The translations under genes and the position numbers were made by a program. This document shows, in pieces, positions 35,710-49,569 of a stretch of 64,000 bases of DNA. The stretch spans positions 9,798,001 through 9,862,000 of the forward strand of contig CM075995.1 of NCBI GenBank assembly GCA_038087875.1. Direction: 5' to 3'. Position 1 is the stretch's first letter. Every line of letters starts with the position of its first letter. The notes under the pieces are model-generated. The model was not told the DNA's origin, made no database searches, and saw nothing but the letters and a program-made list of their open reading frames with translations. The DNA comes from Malacoraja senta (Eukaryota).

Positions 35710-37920
35710 CACACCCACCCCTTACACACTGGCCCCTCGTACCCACACCGACCCCTCACGCCCACCCCTTACACACTGGCCCGTCACACCCACCCCTTAC
35801 ACACTGGCCCCTCATACCCACCCCTTACACACTGGCCCCTCACACCCACCCCTTACACACTGGCCCGTCACACCCACCCCTTACACACTGGCCCCTCACA
35901 CCCACACCCACCCCTCACACACTGGCCCCTCATACCCACCCCTTACACACTGGCCCCTCATACCCACCCCTTACACACTGGCCCCTCATACCCACCCCTT
36001 ACACACTGGCCCCTCACACCCACACCGACCCCTCACACACTGGCCCCTCATACCCACCCCTTACACACTGGCCCCTCGTACCCACACCGACCCCTCACAC
36101 CCACCCCTTACACACTGGTCCCTCACACCCACCCCTTACACACTGGCCCGTCACACCCACCCCTTACACACTGGCCCCTCATACCCACCCCTTACACACT
36201 GGCCCCTCATACCCACACCGACCCCTCACACACTGGCCCCTTACACCCACCCCTTACACACTGGCCCCCCACACCCACCCCTCACACACTGGCCCCTCAC
36301 ACCCACACCAACCCCTCACACCCACCCCTTACACACTGGCCCCTCATACCCACCCCTTACACACTGGCCCGTCACACCCACACCGACCCCTCACACCCAC
36401 CCCTCACACACTGGCCCCTTACACCCACACCGACCCCTCATACCCACCCCTTACACACTGGCCCCTTACACCCACACCGACCCCTCATACCCACCCCTTA
36501 CACACTGGCCCGTCACACCCACACCGACCCCTCATACCCACCCCTTACACACTGGCCCGTCACACCCACACCGACCCCTCATACCCACCCCTTACACACT
36601 GGCCCCTTACACCCACCCCTTACACACTGGCCCCTTACACCTACCCCTCACACACTGGCCCCTTACACCCACACCGACCCCTCATACCCACCCCTTACAC
36701 ACTGGCCCCTTACACACTGGCCCCTCACACACTGGCCCCTCACACACTGGCCCCTCACACACTGGCCCCTTACACCCGCCCCTTACACACTCGCCCCTTA
36801 CACACTGGCCCCTTACACACTGGCCCCTCACACACTGGCCCCTTACACACTCGCCCCTCACACACTGGCCCCTCACACACTGGCCCCTCACACACTGGCC
36901 CCTCCACACTGGCCCCTTACACCCGCCCCTTACACACTCGCCCCTTACACACTGGCCCCTCACACACTGGCCCCTTACACCCGCCCCTTACACACTCGCC
37001 CCTTACACACTGGCCCCTCACACCCACCCCTTACACACTGGCCCCTCCCACCCACCCCTTACACACTCGCCCCTCACACCCACCCCTTACACACTCGCCC
37101 CTTAAACACTGGTCCCTCACACCCACCCCTCACACACTGGTCCCTCACACCCACCCCTTACACTGGCCCCTCACACCTACCCTTACACACTGCCCCCTCA
37201 CACTGGCCCCTTACACCCACCCCTCACACCCACCCCTTACACAATGGCCCCTTACACACTAGCCCCTCACACCCACCCCTCACACACTGGTCCCTCACAC
37301 CCACCCCTCATACACTGGCCCCTCATACCCACACCGACCCCTCACACACTGGCCCCTCACACCCACCTCTCTCACACCCACCCCCTCACACCCACCCCTT
37401 ACACACTGGCCCCTCACACCTACCCCTTACACACTGGCCCCTCATACCCACACCGACCCCTCACACACTGGCCCCTCACACCCAGCCCTTACACACTGGC
37501 CCCTCACATCCACACCGACCCCTCACACCCACCCCTTACACACTGGCCCCTCACACCCACCCCTCACACACTGGCCTCTCACACCCACCCCTCACACACT
37601 GGTCCCTCACACCCACACTGACCCCTCACACCTACCCCTTACACACTGGCCCCTCACACCCACCCCTCACACACTGGTCCCTCACACCCACACTGACCCC
37701 TCACACCTACCCCTTACACACTGGCCCCTCACACCCACCCCTCACACACTGGTCCCTCACACCCACACTGACCCCTCACACCTACCCCTTACACACTGGC
37801 CCCTCACACCCACCCTACACACTGGCCCCTCACACCTACCCCTTACACACTGGCCCCTCACACACCGGCCCCTCATACCCACACCAACCCTCACACTGGC
37901 CTCTCACACCAACCCCTGAC
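35710..37920. repeat. 2.2-kb complex minisatellite (ACACTGGCCCCT(C/T)ACACCCACCCCTTAC)n
   Basis: Direct inspection; source of spurious ORF 35705-37105. Confidence 0.97.
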
Positions 37921-38609
37921 ACAACCACCCTCACCCTCAGTCGTGACACTCAGTGAGACCACACTGGCCATCCATCCCCTGCCGAAAAGATCACCCCTAG
38001 CACCTTCTGAGTGAAAATGTCCCGTCCCCTCCCCCATTAAATCTTCCCCTCTCATCTTATACCTATGTCCTCTGATTCTCGATTCCCCTACTCTGGGTAA
38101 ATGACTGTGAATCCACCGTATCCCCCTCCTGATTCTCTCCACCTCTACATTTACCCCCTCATCCTCCTGCACTTCAAGAAATAAAGTCTAAACCTGCCCA
38201 ACCTCTCTTTATAGCTCAGGCCCTCGAGTCCTGACAACATCCTCGAAAATCTTCTCTGTGCTATCTTGTACAACTGTAGCACAACACAAACCAACTCTAC
38301 TTGATTTTCTGACTGATACCAAAAGCATTTTCACCACTCTATCTACCTGTGTGGCCACTTTCGGAGATCGATGTAATGTACTCCTAAATACCTCTGATCT
38401 ACATTATTCCCCAAGGCATTTCTGTTCACAGTGAAGGTCTGGTTTGACTTCCAAAAATACAACCTCACACTTATCCGAATTTAGAAAGATGAAATCATCC
38501 CAGGCCTTTAAGGAGTATCAAGCAAGCAGGAAAGAACTCAAGCGAGCAATCAGAAGGGCCAAAAGGGACCATGAAATGGCTATGGCAAATCAGATTAAAC
38601 AAAATCCCA

Positions 38610-39042
38610 TGGTAGACAAAAATGCTGGAGACAATCAGCGGGTGGGGCAGCATCTATGGAGCAAAGGAATAGGTGACGTTTCGGGTCGAGACCCTTCTTC
38701 AGACTGATGTGGTGGGGGCACGGGAAGAGGGAAGAGGCGGAGACAGTAGGCTGTGGGAGAGCTGGGTAGGGAAGGGGAAGGAGGGAGAAAGCAAGGACTA
38801 CCTGAAATTGGAGAAGTCAATGTTCATACCGCTGGGGTGTAAACTACCCAAGCAAAATATGAGGTGCTGCTCCGCCTCTTCCTTTCTTCATCCCACCCCC
38901 ACCCCCACATCAGTCTGAAGAAGGGTTTCAACCCAAAACGTCACCTATTCCTTCACTCCATAGATGCTGCCTCACCCGCTGAGTTACTCCAGCATTTTTG
39001 TCAACCTTTGATTTTTCCAGCATCTGCAGTTCTTTCTTAAAC
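38610..39042. mobile_element. Penelope-like element fragment flanked by inverted terminal repeats carrying hammerhead motifs
   Basis: Minus-strand EQHLIFCLGSLHPSGMNIDFSNFR (GIY-YIG C-terminus) between oppositely oriented CTGAAGAAGGGT..GAAACGTC-type units. Confidence 0.8.
38675..38702 (-). ncRNA. Minimal hammerhead ribozyme core (Penelope-type), intact
   Basis: CTGAAGA-A-GGGT(CTCG)ACCC-GAAAC-GTC: CUGANGA and GAAA boxes, 4-bp helix II, palindromic ACGT helix III, GUC site; helix I weak. Confidence 0.65.
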
Positions 39043-39369
39043 AAAATCCCAAGGCTAACAAGAGGGTAACCAAAGAAAAGATTGGACTGTTCAAGGCTAA
39101 ATAAGGGAATTTGTGCATGCTGTCTGGGGATGTAGGCGAGGTACTAAGTACTTTTCATATGTTCATAAGTTCCAGGAGCAGGATTAGGCCATTCGGCCCA
39201 TCAAGTCTACACCACCATTCAATCATGGCTGATCTATCTTTCCCTCTCAACCCCATTCTCCTGCCTTCTCCCCATAATCCCTGACACCTGTACTAATCAT
39301 GAATCTGTCAATCTGCACCTTAAAAATACCTAATCAATGATAATTGATTGAAGGACACTGAATGGAGAC

Positions 39370-39651
39370 AGGCCCCTCAGCCCACGTCAATCATTGATTA
39401 CCCTTTCATATTATTAGTTCTATGTTATCCACTCTCATCCACTCCCAGCACACTGGAGGCAGACTTATGAGGTCAATTAACCTACAAACCCGCACGTCTT
39501 TGGGATGTGGGAGGAAATCGGAGCACCCGGAGAAAACCCTTGGTCACGAGAATGTACAAACCCCACACAGACAGCACCCGAGGTCAGGATCGAACCCAGG
39601 TCTCTGGCGCTGTGAGGCAGCAGCTCTACCCGCTGCACCACTGTGCTGCCC
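39370..39651 (-). mobile_element. tRNA-derived SINE (V-SINE/HE1-like)
   Basis: Head GGGCAGCACAGTGGTGCAGCGGGTAGAGC (A box), GGTTCGATCC (B box), core GGGTTTTCTCCGGGTGCTCCGATTTCCTCCCACA. A decayed copy lies at about 46170-46320. Confidence 0.8.
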
Positions 39652-39974
39652 ATATGTGGAACTAAAGTATTTCACATGATATGAAGAGACATGATATCCC
39701 ATTTAAAAAAAAAATTATGTTCGTTTTTTCATATTTCATTATAATTTGGAATATTTATCTGAACGAATTACAAACCAGATACGTAAGACAATTACAGATT
39801 GCCAAGAAGTCATTAGAAACATAAAAACATAGACAATAGGTGCAGGAGTAGGCCATTTGGCCCTTCGAGCCAGCACCGCCATTCAATATGATCATGGCTG
39901 ATCATCCAGAATCAATTCCTGCTTTCTCCCCATATCCCTTGATTCCGTTAGCCCTAACTCTCTCTTGAATACAT

Positions 39975-42400
39975 TTTCATTTCTATTCACTGAGGAGAAG
40001 GACATGGAGATCAGCAAGATCATTGTGAAGAATAATAATAACGTGCAAGGGCAGTTTGAGATCAAGGAGGAGGTTGTGTTGGGAGCATTAAGGTGCATAA
40101 ATCTCCAGGGCCTGATGAGATCTATCCCAGGTTATTGAGAGAGGCAAGAGAGGAGATTGCGGGAGCGCTGATGAGGATCCTGGCATCTTCTCTCACCACA
40201 GACGAGGTCCAGAGGACAGGAGAGGAGATAAAGTCGTTACTATATTTAAGAAGGTATATAGAGAGAATTATAGGGCAGTGAGCCTCACATCAGTGGCAGG
40301 GAAGCTATTGGAGATGACTTTTCGGGATAGGATTTACTCCCATTTGGAAGTGAATGGGTTAATTAGGACCAGTCAGCATTGCTTTTCACATGGCAGGTCA
40401 TATCTTACTAACTTTATCACATTTTTTGAGGAGACTAAGGTGATTGATGAGGGTAGGGCAGTGTATGTTGTCTACATGGATTTTATTAAGGCATGTGATG
40501 AAGTCCCCCATGGTAGGCTGATCTAGAAGATTAAGATGCGCGGGATTAACAGTGACTTGATCATGTGGATTCAGAAATGATTTACTGATAGAAGACTTCC
40601 CGCTATATGGTGGAAGGACAACATTCAGATTGGAGGTCTGCGAACAATGAAGTTCTGGTGGGACCTCTCCTGTTTGTGAAATATATAAATACCTTGGACG
40701 TAATCGTAGATGGGTTGATTCATAAGTGATAATAGCAGAATTATGCCATTTAGCCCATCAAAGTCCATTCCACCATTCAATCATGGCTAATAGTCATAGA
40801 GTGATACAGTGTGGAAACAGGCCATTCGGCCCAACTTGCCCACACCAGCCAACATCTGAAGAAGGGTCTCGACCTGAAAGGTCACCCATTCCTTCTCTCC
40901 AGAGATGCAGGCTGTCCCACTGAGTTATTACAGCATTTTGTGTCTACCTTCCAGCTAACATGTCCCAGCTACATTAGTCCCACATGCCCACATTCGGTCC
41001 ATAACCCTCCAAACCTGCCCGATCCATGTACCCGTCTAAATGTTTCTTAAATGTTGGAATAGTCCCTGCCTCAACTACCTTCTCTGGCAGCTTGTTCCAT
41101 ACACCCACCACCCTTTGTGTGAAAAAGGTACCCCTCAGATTCCTATTAAATATTTTCCCCTTCACATTAAACCTATGTCCTCTGGTCCTCAATTCACCTA
41201 CTCAGGGCAATAGACTCTGTGCATCTACCCGATCTATTCCTCTCATGATTTTATACACCTCAATAAGATCACCCCTCATCTTCCTGCGCTTCAAGGAATA
41301 GAATCCCAGCCTACTCAACCTCTCCCTATAGCTCAGACCCTTTAGCCCTGGCAACATCTTTGTAAATCTTCTCTGTGCCCTTTTTAGCATGGTGCCCAAA
41401 ACTGAACACAATCTCTCTTTCCCTCTCAACCCCTTTCTCCTGCCTTTTCCCAATAACCCCTGACACCAGTACTAATCAAAAATCTATCTATCTCTGGCTT
41501 AAAAATATCCACTGACTTGGTCTCCACAGCCTTCCGTGGCAATGAATTCCATAGATTCACCACACTGTGACTAAAGAAGTTCCTCCTCAACTCCTTCCTA
41601 ATGGAACAACCTTAAGTTCTGAAGCTATGACCTCTGGTCCTAGATTCTCCCACTAGTGGAAACATCTTCTCCACATCAACTCGATCCTGGTTAGTAAGTA
41701 TGCAGATGATATTAAGATTGCTGGGATCATGGACTGTGAAGAAGCCTGTCAATGTATTCAGCAGGATGTAGATCAGCTATAGAAATGGGCCGAAAAATGG
41801 CAGATGTAGTTTAATCTGAGCAAGTATGCAATGTTGCACTTTGGAAGGCCACTTGTAAGGGGAAATTATACAATTAATGGCATGACCCTCAACAACATTT
41901 ACATATAGAGGGATTTTGGGGTCCATTTCTCCAAGAAGGTGGTAACACAAGTAGAACACAAGAGTGGTAAAGAAGGCATATGGTATGCTTGCTTTCATAG
42001 GTCAGGGCACTGAGTTGAAGAGTCAGGAAATCATGATGCAGCTTTACAGGACTTTGGATGGGCCGCATTTGGAGTATTGCGTGCAGTTCTGGCCGCCCCA
42101 TTACAAGAAGGATATGGAGGCTTTGAAAAGGATGCAGAGGAGGTTTGTCAGAATGATGTCTGGATCAGGGGGGTTTTAGCTACAGGGAGAGGTTGGACAG
42201 ACTTGAATTGTTTTCGCTGGAATGCCAGAGGTTGCAGGAAGACCTGATAGAAGTCTACAAACTTATGAGAGGTGTAGATAGCGTAGCAAGTCAGAACCTT
42301 TTTCCCAGGTTGGAAAAATCAAATACTACTATCTTATGGTGAGAGGCAAAGTTTAAAAGAGATGTGCCAGTCAACTTTTTTTACAGAGGGTGGTGTGAAC
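39975..42400 (+). mobile_element. Old CR1 ORF2 (RT region) interrupted by younger antisense CR1 3' ends (about 40730-41690)
   Basis: [55 protein letters not shown]. Confidence 0.85.
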
Positions 42401-42471
42401 TTGGAACTCCAGAGATGCTGTCTGCCCCACTGAGTTACTCCAGCTTTTTGTGTCCATCTACGCTTTATCTC

Positions 42472-42670
<199 letters not shown>

Positions 42671-42989
42671 CCAGAGATGCTGTCTGTCCGGCTGAGTTAC
42701 TCCAGCTATATATATATATGACTTGAACATTAACGTACATGGGTTGGTTAGTAAATTAGCAGACAACACCAAAATTAATGGGACTGCGGACAGTGAGGTG
42801 GCAGTTAACGGAGGCGGCAGATCAATTAAAGATATGGGGAGAGAAATGGCAGATGATATTTAATCCAGGCAAGTGTGAGGTTGTTACACTTTGGGAAGTC
42901 AAATGTAAGGGGAAAATATACAATGAATGCAACACCCTTAACAGTATTGATGTACAGGTGGGTCCTGAAGGTGGCATCCTGAAGGTGGC

Positions 42990-43890
42990 AACACACCTTA
43001 CTCCCTATACATTCATGACTGAACGGCCTAATTCAACTCAAACTTCACCTACAAGTTTGCGGATGAGCAATGACTAGATGGACTGCAGAAATGAGAGAGA
43101 CAACTTAGTGATATCGTGTCAGGACAATAACCTCACCCTCAATGCCAGCAAGATGAAGGAGCTAGTTATCGACTTCAGGAAGCATGGAGGAGTACATGCT
43201 GAAGTGATAAAATGTTTGAGAGCTTAAAGTTCCTTGCTGTTAATATTACCAACGATCTATCGTGGACCAACCACACGGATGCAACAGCCAAGAAGGCCCC
43301 ATGCCTCTACTTCCAGAGCAGATGAGAAATTCGACACGTCTCCAATGACTCCTACAAGCATCTACAGATTTACCACAGAAAGCATATTGGGTTGTAACTA
43401 ATGTTGGGTTGCGTCACACCTTGGTTTGGGAACAGCTCTGCTCAAGACCGCAAGAAATTGCTGAGAGTTGTAAATGTAGCCGTCCATCACACAGACTAGA
43501 ATCCCCATCATCGACCCCATCTACACCACGCTGCCTCGGAAAAGCAGCCCCCCCCCCCCCCCCCCAGCCATTCCTTTTTCTCCCTGTCCCTGTCTGGCAG
43601 AAGATACAGACTCAGGAACAGCTTCTTCCCCTCTTTTATCAGGCTTCGGAACGACCCTTCCATCAGCTAGGGTACTGTCTGATTCACTTCTACCCCATTG
43701 CAGACATTGGACTTTGTCTAAGGTACTGAAGTGCTACGATGCTGAGAACTATATCCTACACTCTGCTCTACCTATTGTACTTGAGTTTGACTTGATTCTT
43801 ATTTACATGATCTGTTTGAATAGCATGCAAAACAAAGCTTTTCACTGTATCTCGGTACACGTGACTGGAATAAACCTAAACGTGAACACA
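42990..43890 (+). mobile_element. Degenerate Rex1/Babar-like LINE 3' part
   Basis: KFADE, NNLTLNASKMKELVIDFRK, KFLAVNITNDLSWTNHT, NSFFP motifs. Confidence 0.7.
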
Positions 43891-44069
43891 AGTAGATGTT
43901 TTATTTCATGGTCAGAACATTGAGAATAAGATTTAGGAAGTCATGTTAAGAACGAACTTCACACAGCTTGCCCACGGTGCACCTGATTTATTTCATACCT
44001 CGCGTTCTCTGAGGAAGGTGCCGAGATCACCCTGCACCTTCCAGACCTGCACATAGAAGTTGGGAGGTC

Positions 44070-44625
44070 TGTTGCAGTGCTGAGACCGCATTTAGAGTAT
44101 TGTGTTCAGTTCTGGGCGCTGTTGTATAGGAGATATATTGTCAAGCTTGAATGGGTTCAGACAAGATATGCAAGGATGTTGCCAGGACTTGAGGGTCTGA
44201 GCTATTGGAAGAGGTTGAGTAGGCTGGGTCACTATTCCTTGGAGTGCAGGAGGATGAGGGGTGATCTCATAGAGGTGTATAAAATCATGAGAGGAATAGA
44301 TCAGGTAGATGCAGAGTCTCTTGCCCAGAGTAGGGGAATCGAGGACCAGAGGACATAGGTTCAAGGTGAAGGGGAAAAGATTTAATAGGAATCTGAGGGG
44401 TAACTTTTTCACAAAATGAGTGGTGGGTGTATGGAACAAGCTGCCAGAGAAGGTAGTTGAGGCTGGGACTATCCCATCATTTAAGAAACAGTTAGACAGG
44501 TACATGGATAGGACAGGTTTGTAGGGATATGGACCAAGCGCAGGCAGGTAGGACAAGTGGCGCTGGGACATGTGGGCCGGTGTGACCACGTTGGGCCTTT
44601 TTCCACACTGTATCACTCTATGACC
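44070..44625 (+). mobile_element. CR1 LINE 3' end
   Basis: ORF 44077-44358 [37 protein letters not shown]. Confidence 0.9.
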
Positions 44626-46476
44626 TCTCCCAGTGTGTGGCCCTCAGACTCGGTAGCTGCAGCTGAACCCGAGGTTTATAATGTTCACTGTGACATCCGA
44701 TCTCTGAACCCCAGTTCACAAAGCCCACATCGTGTGTCTCTTTATCCCCCATTCCCTCTGACCCCACCTCCACTAATGATGCACATACACCTCAGAGCCT
44801 CTGTTCTTGCACACCCTCATACTTGTGCCTGAAGTTTAGAACAAAGAACAGTGCCACACAGGAACAGTGCCGCACGGGAATGTTACCGCACGGGAACAGA
44901 TAGAGCTCTAGGGGCTAGCGGAATCAAGGGATATGGGGAAAAGGCAGGAACGGGTTACTAATTATGGATGGTCAACCATGATCACAATGAATGGCGGTGC
45001 TGACTCGAAGGGTGAAATGGCCTCCTCCTGCACCTATTTTCTATGTTTCTATGTTAAGTACCGCATGGGAACAGTACCACACTTAAAAGTCTCTCAGATT
45101 TCACTATCATATTCCTCCACCACCATCCTTGGCAGCATGTTACAGGCACCCACTCCCTTCTGTGTAAAACTGTGTAAACATCTTTAGCCCTAACCCCTCC
45201 CCCCCTCACTTTAAAGGTAAAACCTCTCAACTTTGACATAAAAAATAGGTGTAGTAGGCCATTAGGCCCTTCGAGCCAGCAACACCATTCAATATGATCA
45301 TGGCTGATCATCCAAAATCAGTACCCCGTGCCTGCTTTCTCCCCATATCCCTTGATTCTGTTGGGCCTATGAGCCATATCTACCTGTAACTCTCTTGAAT
45401 ACATCCAGTGAATTGGCCCCCACAGCCTTCTGTGGCAGAGAATTCCACACATTTGAACATTTTCACTATTGGAATAAGATTCTGACTGTCTACCACATCG
45501 GTGCCTCCCATAATTTAATTAACTTCTATCAGGTCTCCCAAAGCCTCTGACGTTCCAGAGAAAACAATCCAACCTCTCCTTATAACTAATACCCTCTAAT
45601 CCAGGCATCATTCTGGTGAACCTCCTCTGCACCCTCTCCAAAGCCTCCACATCTTTCCTGTAATGGGTCGACCAGAACTGCACACATACACTTCAGCCCT
45701 CTGATTTGTGTTGTCCCTCCTGTTTCTCCCTGCCAAAGTGTACCTCGTCCCATTGCTTTGTGTCAGACTGCTCCCAGCACATCCAGTAAGTCCCACCCAT
45801 TATGTATACAGTGTTCAGGATCTGGGCGTCTCTGTCAACGCTGACATTCACCGCCCTGGAGCCGAGTGATTGGCTTGGTTTGTTTTGTTCTCGGGGCAGC
45901 CTAGAGTCACCTCCACGGGAGGCTGAGGGCTGAGGTGTGAGGTGCAGCCCGAGCCTGAGATCTCCTCCCCAAAAGGCAGGCCACAAGACATCCCGTGACA
46001 ATCCAGTGATCCTTCACTTAGCATGACTCATGACTCGATTACAATTATGGATGTGGTACGACTCATGGGACCAGTCAGCAACTTGCACCATGCTGGCTTA
46101 GAGAATCTCTGTCCCTCACTACACAATCTCTCTCACAGGCCCACCATTTTGTTATCAACGTACACTGTCGGGATAATTTCAGTGGCCAACTGCTCGTCTT
46201 TGGGTCGTGGGAAGAAACTGGAGCATCAGATAATCAACGTGGTTACAGGGAGAACGTGCAAACACCACACAGACAGCGCCTGAGCTCAGGATGGAATCAG
46301 GGTCGCCAGCGCTGTGCCACTCTCTGTTCTAGGTCTCCGGACTGCCTGTGCTCTGGGTCTTGGTCCCACCACCAGCCTACAATTTACTCTGACCTCGACT
46401 CCGGGAACTGGGCACTCAGCATAACAACTTATCAACTAATACTCAAAGACCCCTATGATATTCTTAAATACCGTGA

Positions 46477-46680
46477 CACAGGTGTACACACGTGATACTC
46501 CCACACGCAACACAGGTGTACACACGTGATACTCCCACACGCAACACAGGTGTACACACATGATACTCCCACACGCAACACAGGTGTACACACATGATAC
46601 TCCCACACGCAACACAGGTGTACACACATGATACTCCCCACACACAACACAGGTGTACACACATGATACTACCACACACC
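46477..46680. repeat. 34-bp minisatellite CACAGGTGTACACAC(G/A)TGATACTCCCACACGCAA, about 6 copies
   Basis: Units start at 46477, 46511, 46545 and onward. Confidence 0.92.
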
Positions 46681-46989
46681 ACAACAGACACCCCTGCACA
46701 CTGCGATACAGACGTACACATGTGATAGTCCTGCACACTGCGATAGACGCACACACGACACTCCTGTACAGATGTATACGTATGACACTCATGAACACCA
46801 TGACAATACACACACGGTGAAACTCCAGCATACTATAACACATACAAGTAACAAAGGTCTGAACATGCTCTGAAAGCCCACCAATCCTGATGCGCATGTG
46901 ATCACTGACCAAGCCACGATTCACCGCATTTCCCCCTGCACACTTCCCAAAACATTGAGATGGGATGGTCCACAAGGTGAAACATGCTG

Positions 46990-47795
46990 GGGAGGGGAGG
47001 GGAGACAGTGATGGTGACTAGCGGGGGAGAGGGAGGCGTGTGTGGTGGGGGGGAAGAGAGGCATAGGACAGGAGAGAAACAGCAGGTTGGGAGAGATGAG
47101 AGACAGGGGAGAGAGATGGGGCCAGAGAGATGGAGACAGAGAGCGACAGGGAGGGGGATGGGGAGAGAGGGAGTGACAGGGATGGGGATGAGGGAGGGGG
47201 ATGATGGGGATGGGGATGAGGGAGTGGGATGAGGAGGATAAGGGAGGGGGATGAGGGAGATGAAGAAGAGGGGGATGAGGATGAGGGGGATGAGGGAGAG
47301 GGATGAGGAGGGTAGGGGGTGGGGATGAGGGGGGGTGGGGAGAGGGATGAGGGGGATGGGGATAAAGGGGATGAGGGAGAGGGATGAGGGGGATGAGGGG
47401 GATGACGGGGAGGGATACGAGAGGGATGAGGAGGATGGGGTTGAGGGGGATGGGGATGAGTGGGATGAGGGAGAGGGGGATGAGGGGGATGGGGATGAGG
47501 GGGATGGGGATGAGTGGGATGAGGGATGAGGGGGATGAGGGAGGGGGATGGTGGGGATGAGGGAGGGGGGTAAGGGAGGAGATGAGGGGGGCAGAGATGA
47601 GAGGAAGAGGGATGGGGATGAAGAGGTGGATGAGGGGGATGAGGGGGATGAGTGGGGTGAGAGGGGTGAGTGGAGTGAGTGGGAGATGGGCAGGGGAAGA
47701 ATGGCAGGCAGGGGGAGGAGAATGGGCTGATAGGGAGAGAGGGGAGAAGGGGAGAGGGATGAGAGGATAATAAGATGGAGATGATGTGGGTGGTG
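46990..47795. repeat. Purine-rich (GGGGATGAG)n low-complexity tract
   Basis: Direct inspection. Confidence 0.92.
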
Positions 47796-47868
47796 GGGCT
47801 ATGCATGCCACATGCAGGGTGGAGGGTCACAGTGGAGTCTGATGTGTGGGGTGGGGGTCACTGCTAAC

Positions 47869-48337
47869 CTGCTGAGGATGTCCCGATCAACACCAGCCCC
47901 ACCTCGGGCCCCTTCTTGTCTCTCAGCTCCTCGATCTTGCGATACTCCTGCCTCCCCCGCTCAGCGTCGGTGGAGGGTCCTGGTGGCCGAGGAGAGGGGC
48001 GGGGGACGGGGGCCCGGAGGGTGGGGCGGTGCCGGGCCTGTCGCTGCAGGGTGGCGGGTACGATGTCGGGGGGCAGGTGCAGGTACTGGCGAAGGAAGCC
48101 CACACCCTGGTCCATCAGGTACCAGTAGTGGTGTCTCCACACGAAGCTCTCCCGCACCATCCCCCGAGACTTCAGTGAGCCCAGGGCCCGGATCACCTGC
48201 AGGTTGGACAGGGCCCTCAGCTCAGGGTGCCGGGACTGGGGGCACCGGCTCTCCTGGGCCACCACCACCCCATCTCGGAACAGCAGCTCGTACAATGCCC
48301 GCAGCTGGGGCAGGGGCAGCAGCATGCCTGCCACCAT
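47869..48337 (-). CDS. PLEC: Plectin alternative first exon 1 (S10/plectin domain), 469 nt coding
   Basis: MVAGMLLPLPQLRALYELLFRDGVVVA..NLQVIRALGSLKSRGMVRESFVWRHHYWYL..LRQYLHLPPDIVPATLQR; strong Kozak GCCTCACCATGG; donor GCA G|GTTAGC in phase 1. Confidence 0.95.
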
Positions 48338-48689
48338 GGTGAGGCGGAGGCTGCGCCGGCCTCAGGCACAGGGACTGGGGCTCGGGGAACACAGGAACCT
48401 CAGGCTGGGCCTTGGGTGCAGGGACCTCAGGCTGGGCCTCAGGTGCAAGGACCTCACAGTCTGGGCTGCACAGGCTGCAGGATCTAGGCTGACTGAGGGT
48501 TCGCTGGGAGGGACCTGGGCATGCAGACTGATCGTCAGCGAGTGACCACAGGGACCTGGGGCTGTGACTGGGGCTGCGCTCAGCTCTCTGAAGCCCGGCA
48601 GAGGGAATGAATGGGCAGGAGGAAGAGGCGGAAGGCAGGCCCTGCCCCCCCCCCCCCACCCGCTGACACCACAGCACTGATGCTGGAGC

Positions 48690-49020
48690 CAGGCCAGGTG
48701 TGAGTCAGGCTTGGGGGATGTCGTCAGGCAGAGGCAGCCAGGGCAGCCCAGAGCCAGAGGCTGAGGCCTGGCACAGAGCCAGGCACCACAGGCTGCAGGT
48801 GAGTCTGGCAGCAGGAGTGGGGTGCTCAAACAGTCCCAGCCCAGGCTCCCAGCCTTTCCTTTCACCGCAGGACACAACCTTCACCAGAGACAGGAGGCAG
48901 CACGAGACAGGCTTCTCCCAATTTAACACTGGCATTTCAGCGGCCCTGAATAGCCCGGCTCATTGTGGAGCTGTAACTCGAACCAGCAGCTGAGTCAGCA
49001 GCCAAACACAGCCAATGTCA
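48690..49020 (-). promoter_or_regulatory. Candidate exon 1 promoter
   Basis: TGAGTCA at 48701-48707 and 48991-48997 (the latter within MARE-like TGCTGACTCAGC), CCAAT at 49012-49016; unique sequence upstream of the exon 1 ATG. Confidence 0.4.
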
Positions 49021-49569
49021 CTCACACTGGCTTCCCAAACTACCCACCCACCCGTCCCACCACAGCCCACTCCGGGTCCCATCAGCAGGTCCAGGAGTGA
49101 GGGCCCTGGGTGGAAGCAGTGTGGGTGGGGTGTGGACCCAGGGGTTGGAGGGGAGGTGTGGACCAGGGAGGGTGTTCATTGTGGTCCAGGGGTGGGTGGG
49201 GTGGGGGGTTGGGCTGTGGACCACAGGGGAGTTCAGTGTGGACCAAGGAGGGGAGGGATGGAGTGTGGACCAGCAGTGTGGGACTGTTCGCTCCATACCA
49301 CCCCTCCCACACTTCCCTCAGTACTATCCCTCGCACAGTGCCGCACACCCTTAAATCACTCTGCTCCCCGTCCTTCCATCCATGGCCGCACCCTGGAGCC
49401 TCTCCCTCTCTCTCTCTCTCTCTCTCCCTCCCTCTCCCCTCTCTCTCTCTCCCTCTCTATCAACAGGCCAGCACTGCGGTCAGTGTGGAATGTGCAGACA
49501 TTCCTGCTGCAGAATGTGGAACTGAACAAAGACAGCGAGGAGCAGGGAGTGGGGAGAGTTACTGCCACA

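Noticed and set aside
39570..39651. tRNA gene
   Set aside because: A and B boxes continue into a SINE core and LINE-like tail; no complete cloverleaf.
47864..48337. Ribosomal protein S10 (RPS10) gene or retrocopy
   Set aside because: The MVAGML start and the phase-1 donor upstream of plectin exon 2 identify it as plectin exon 1.
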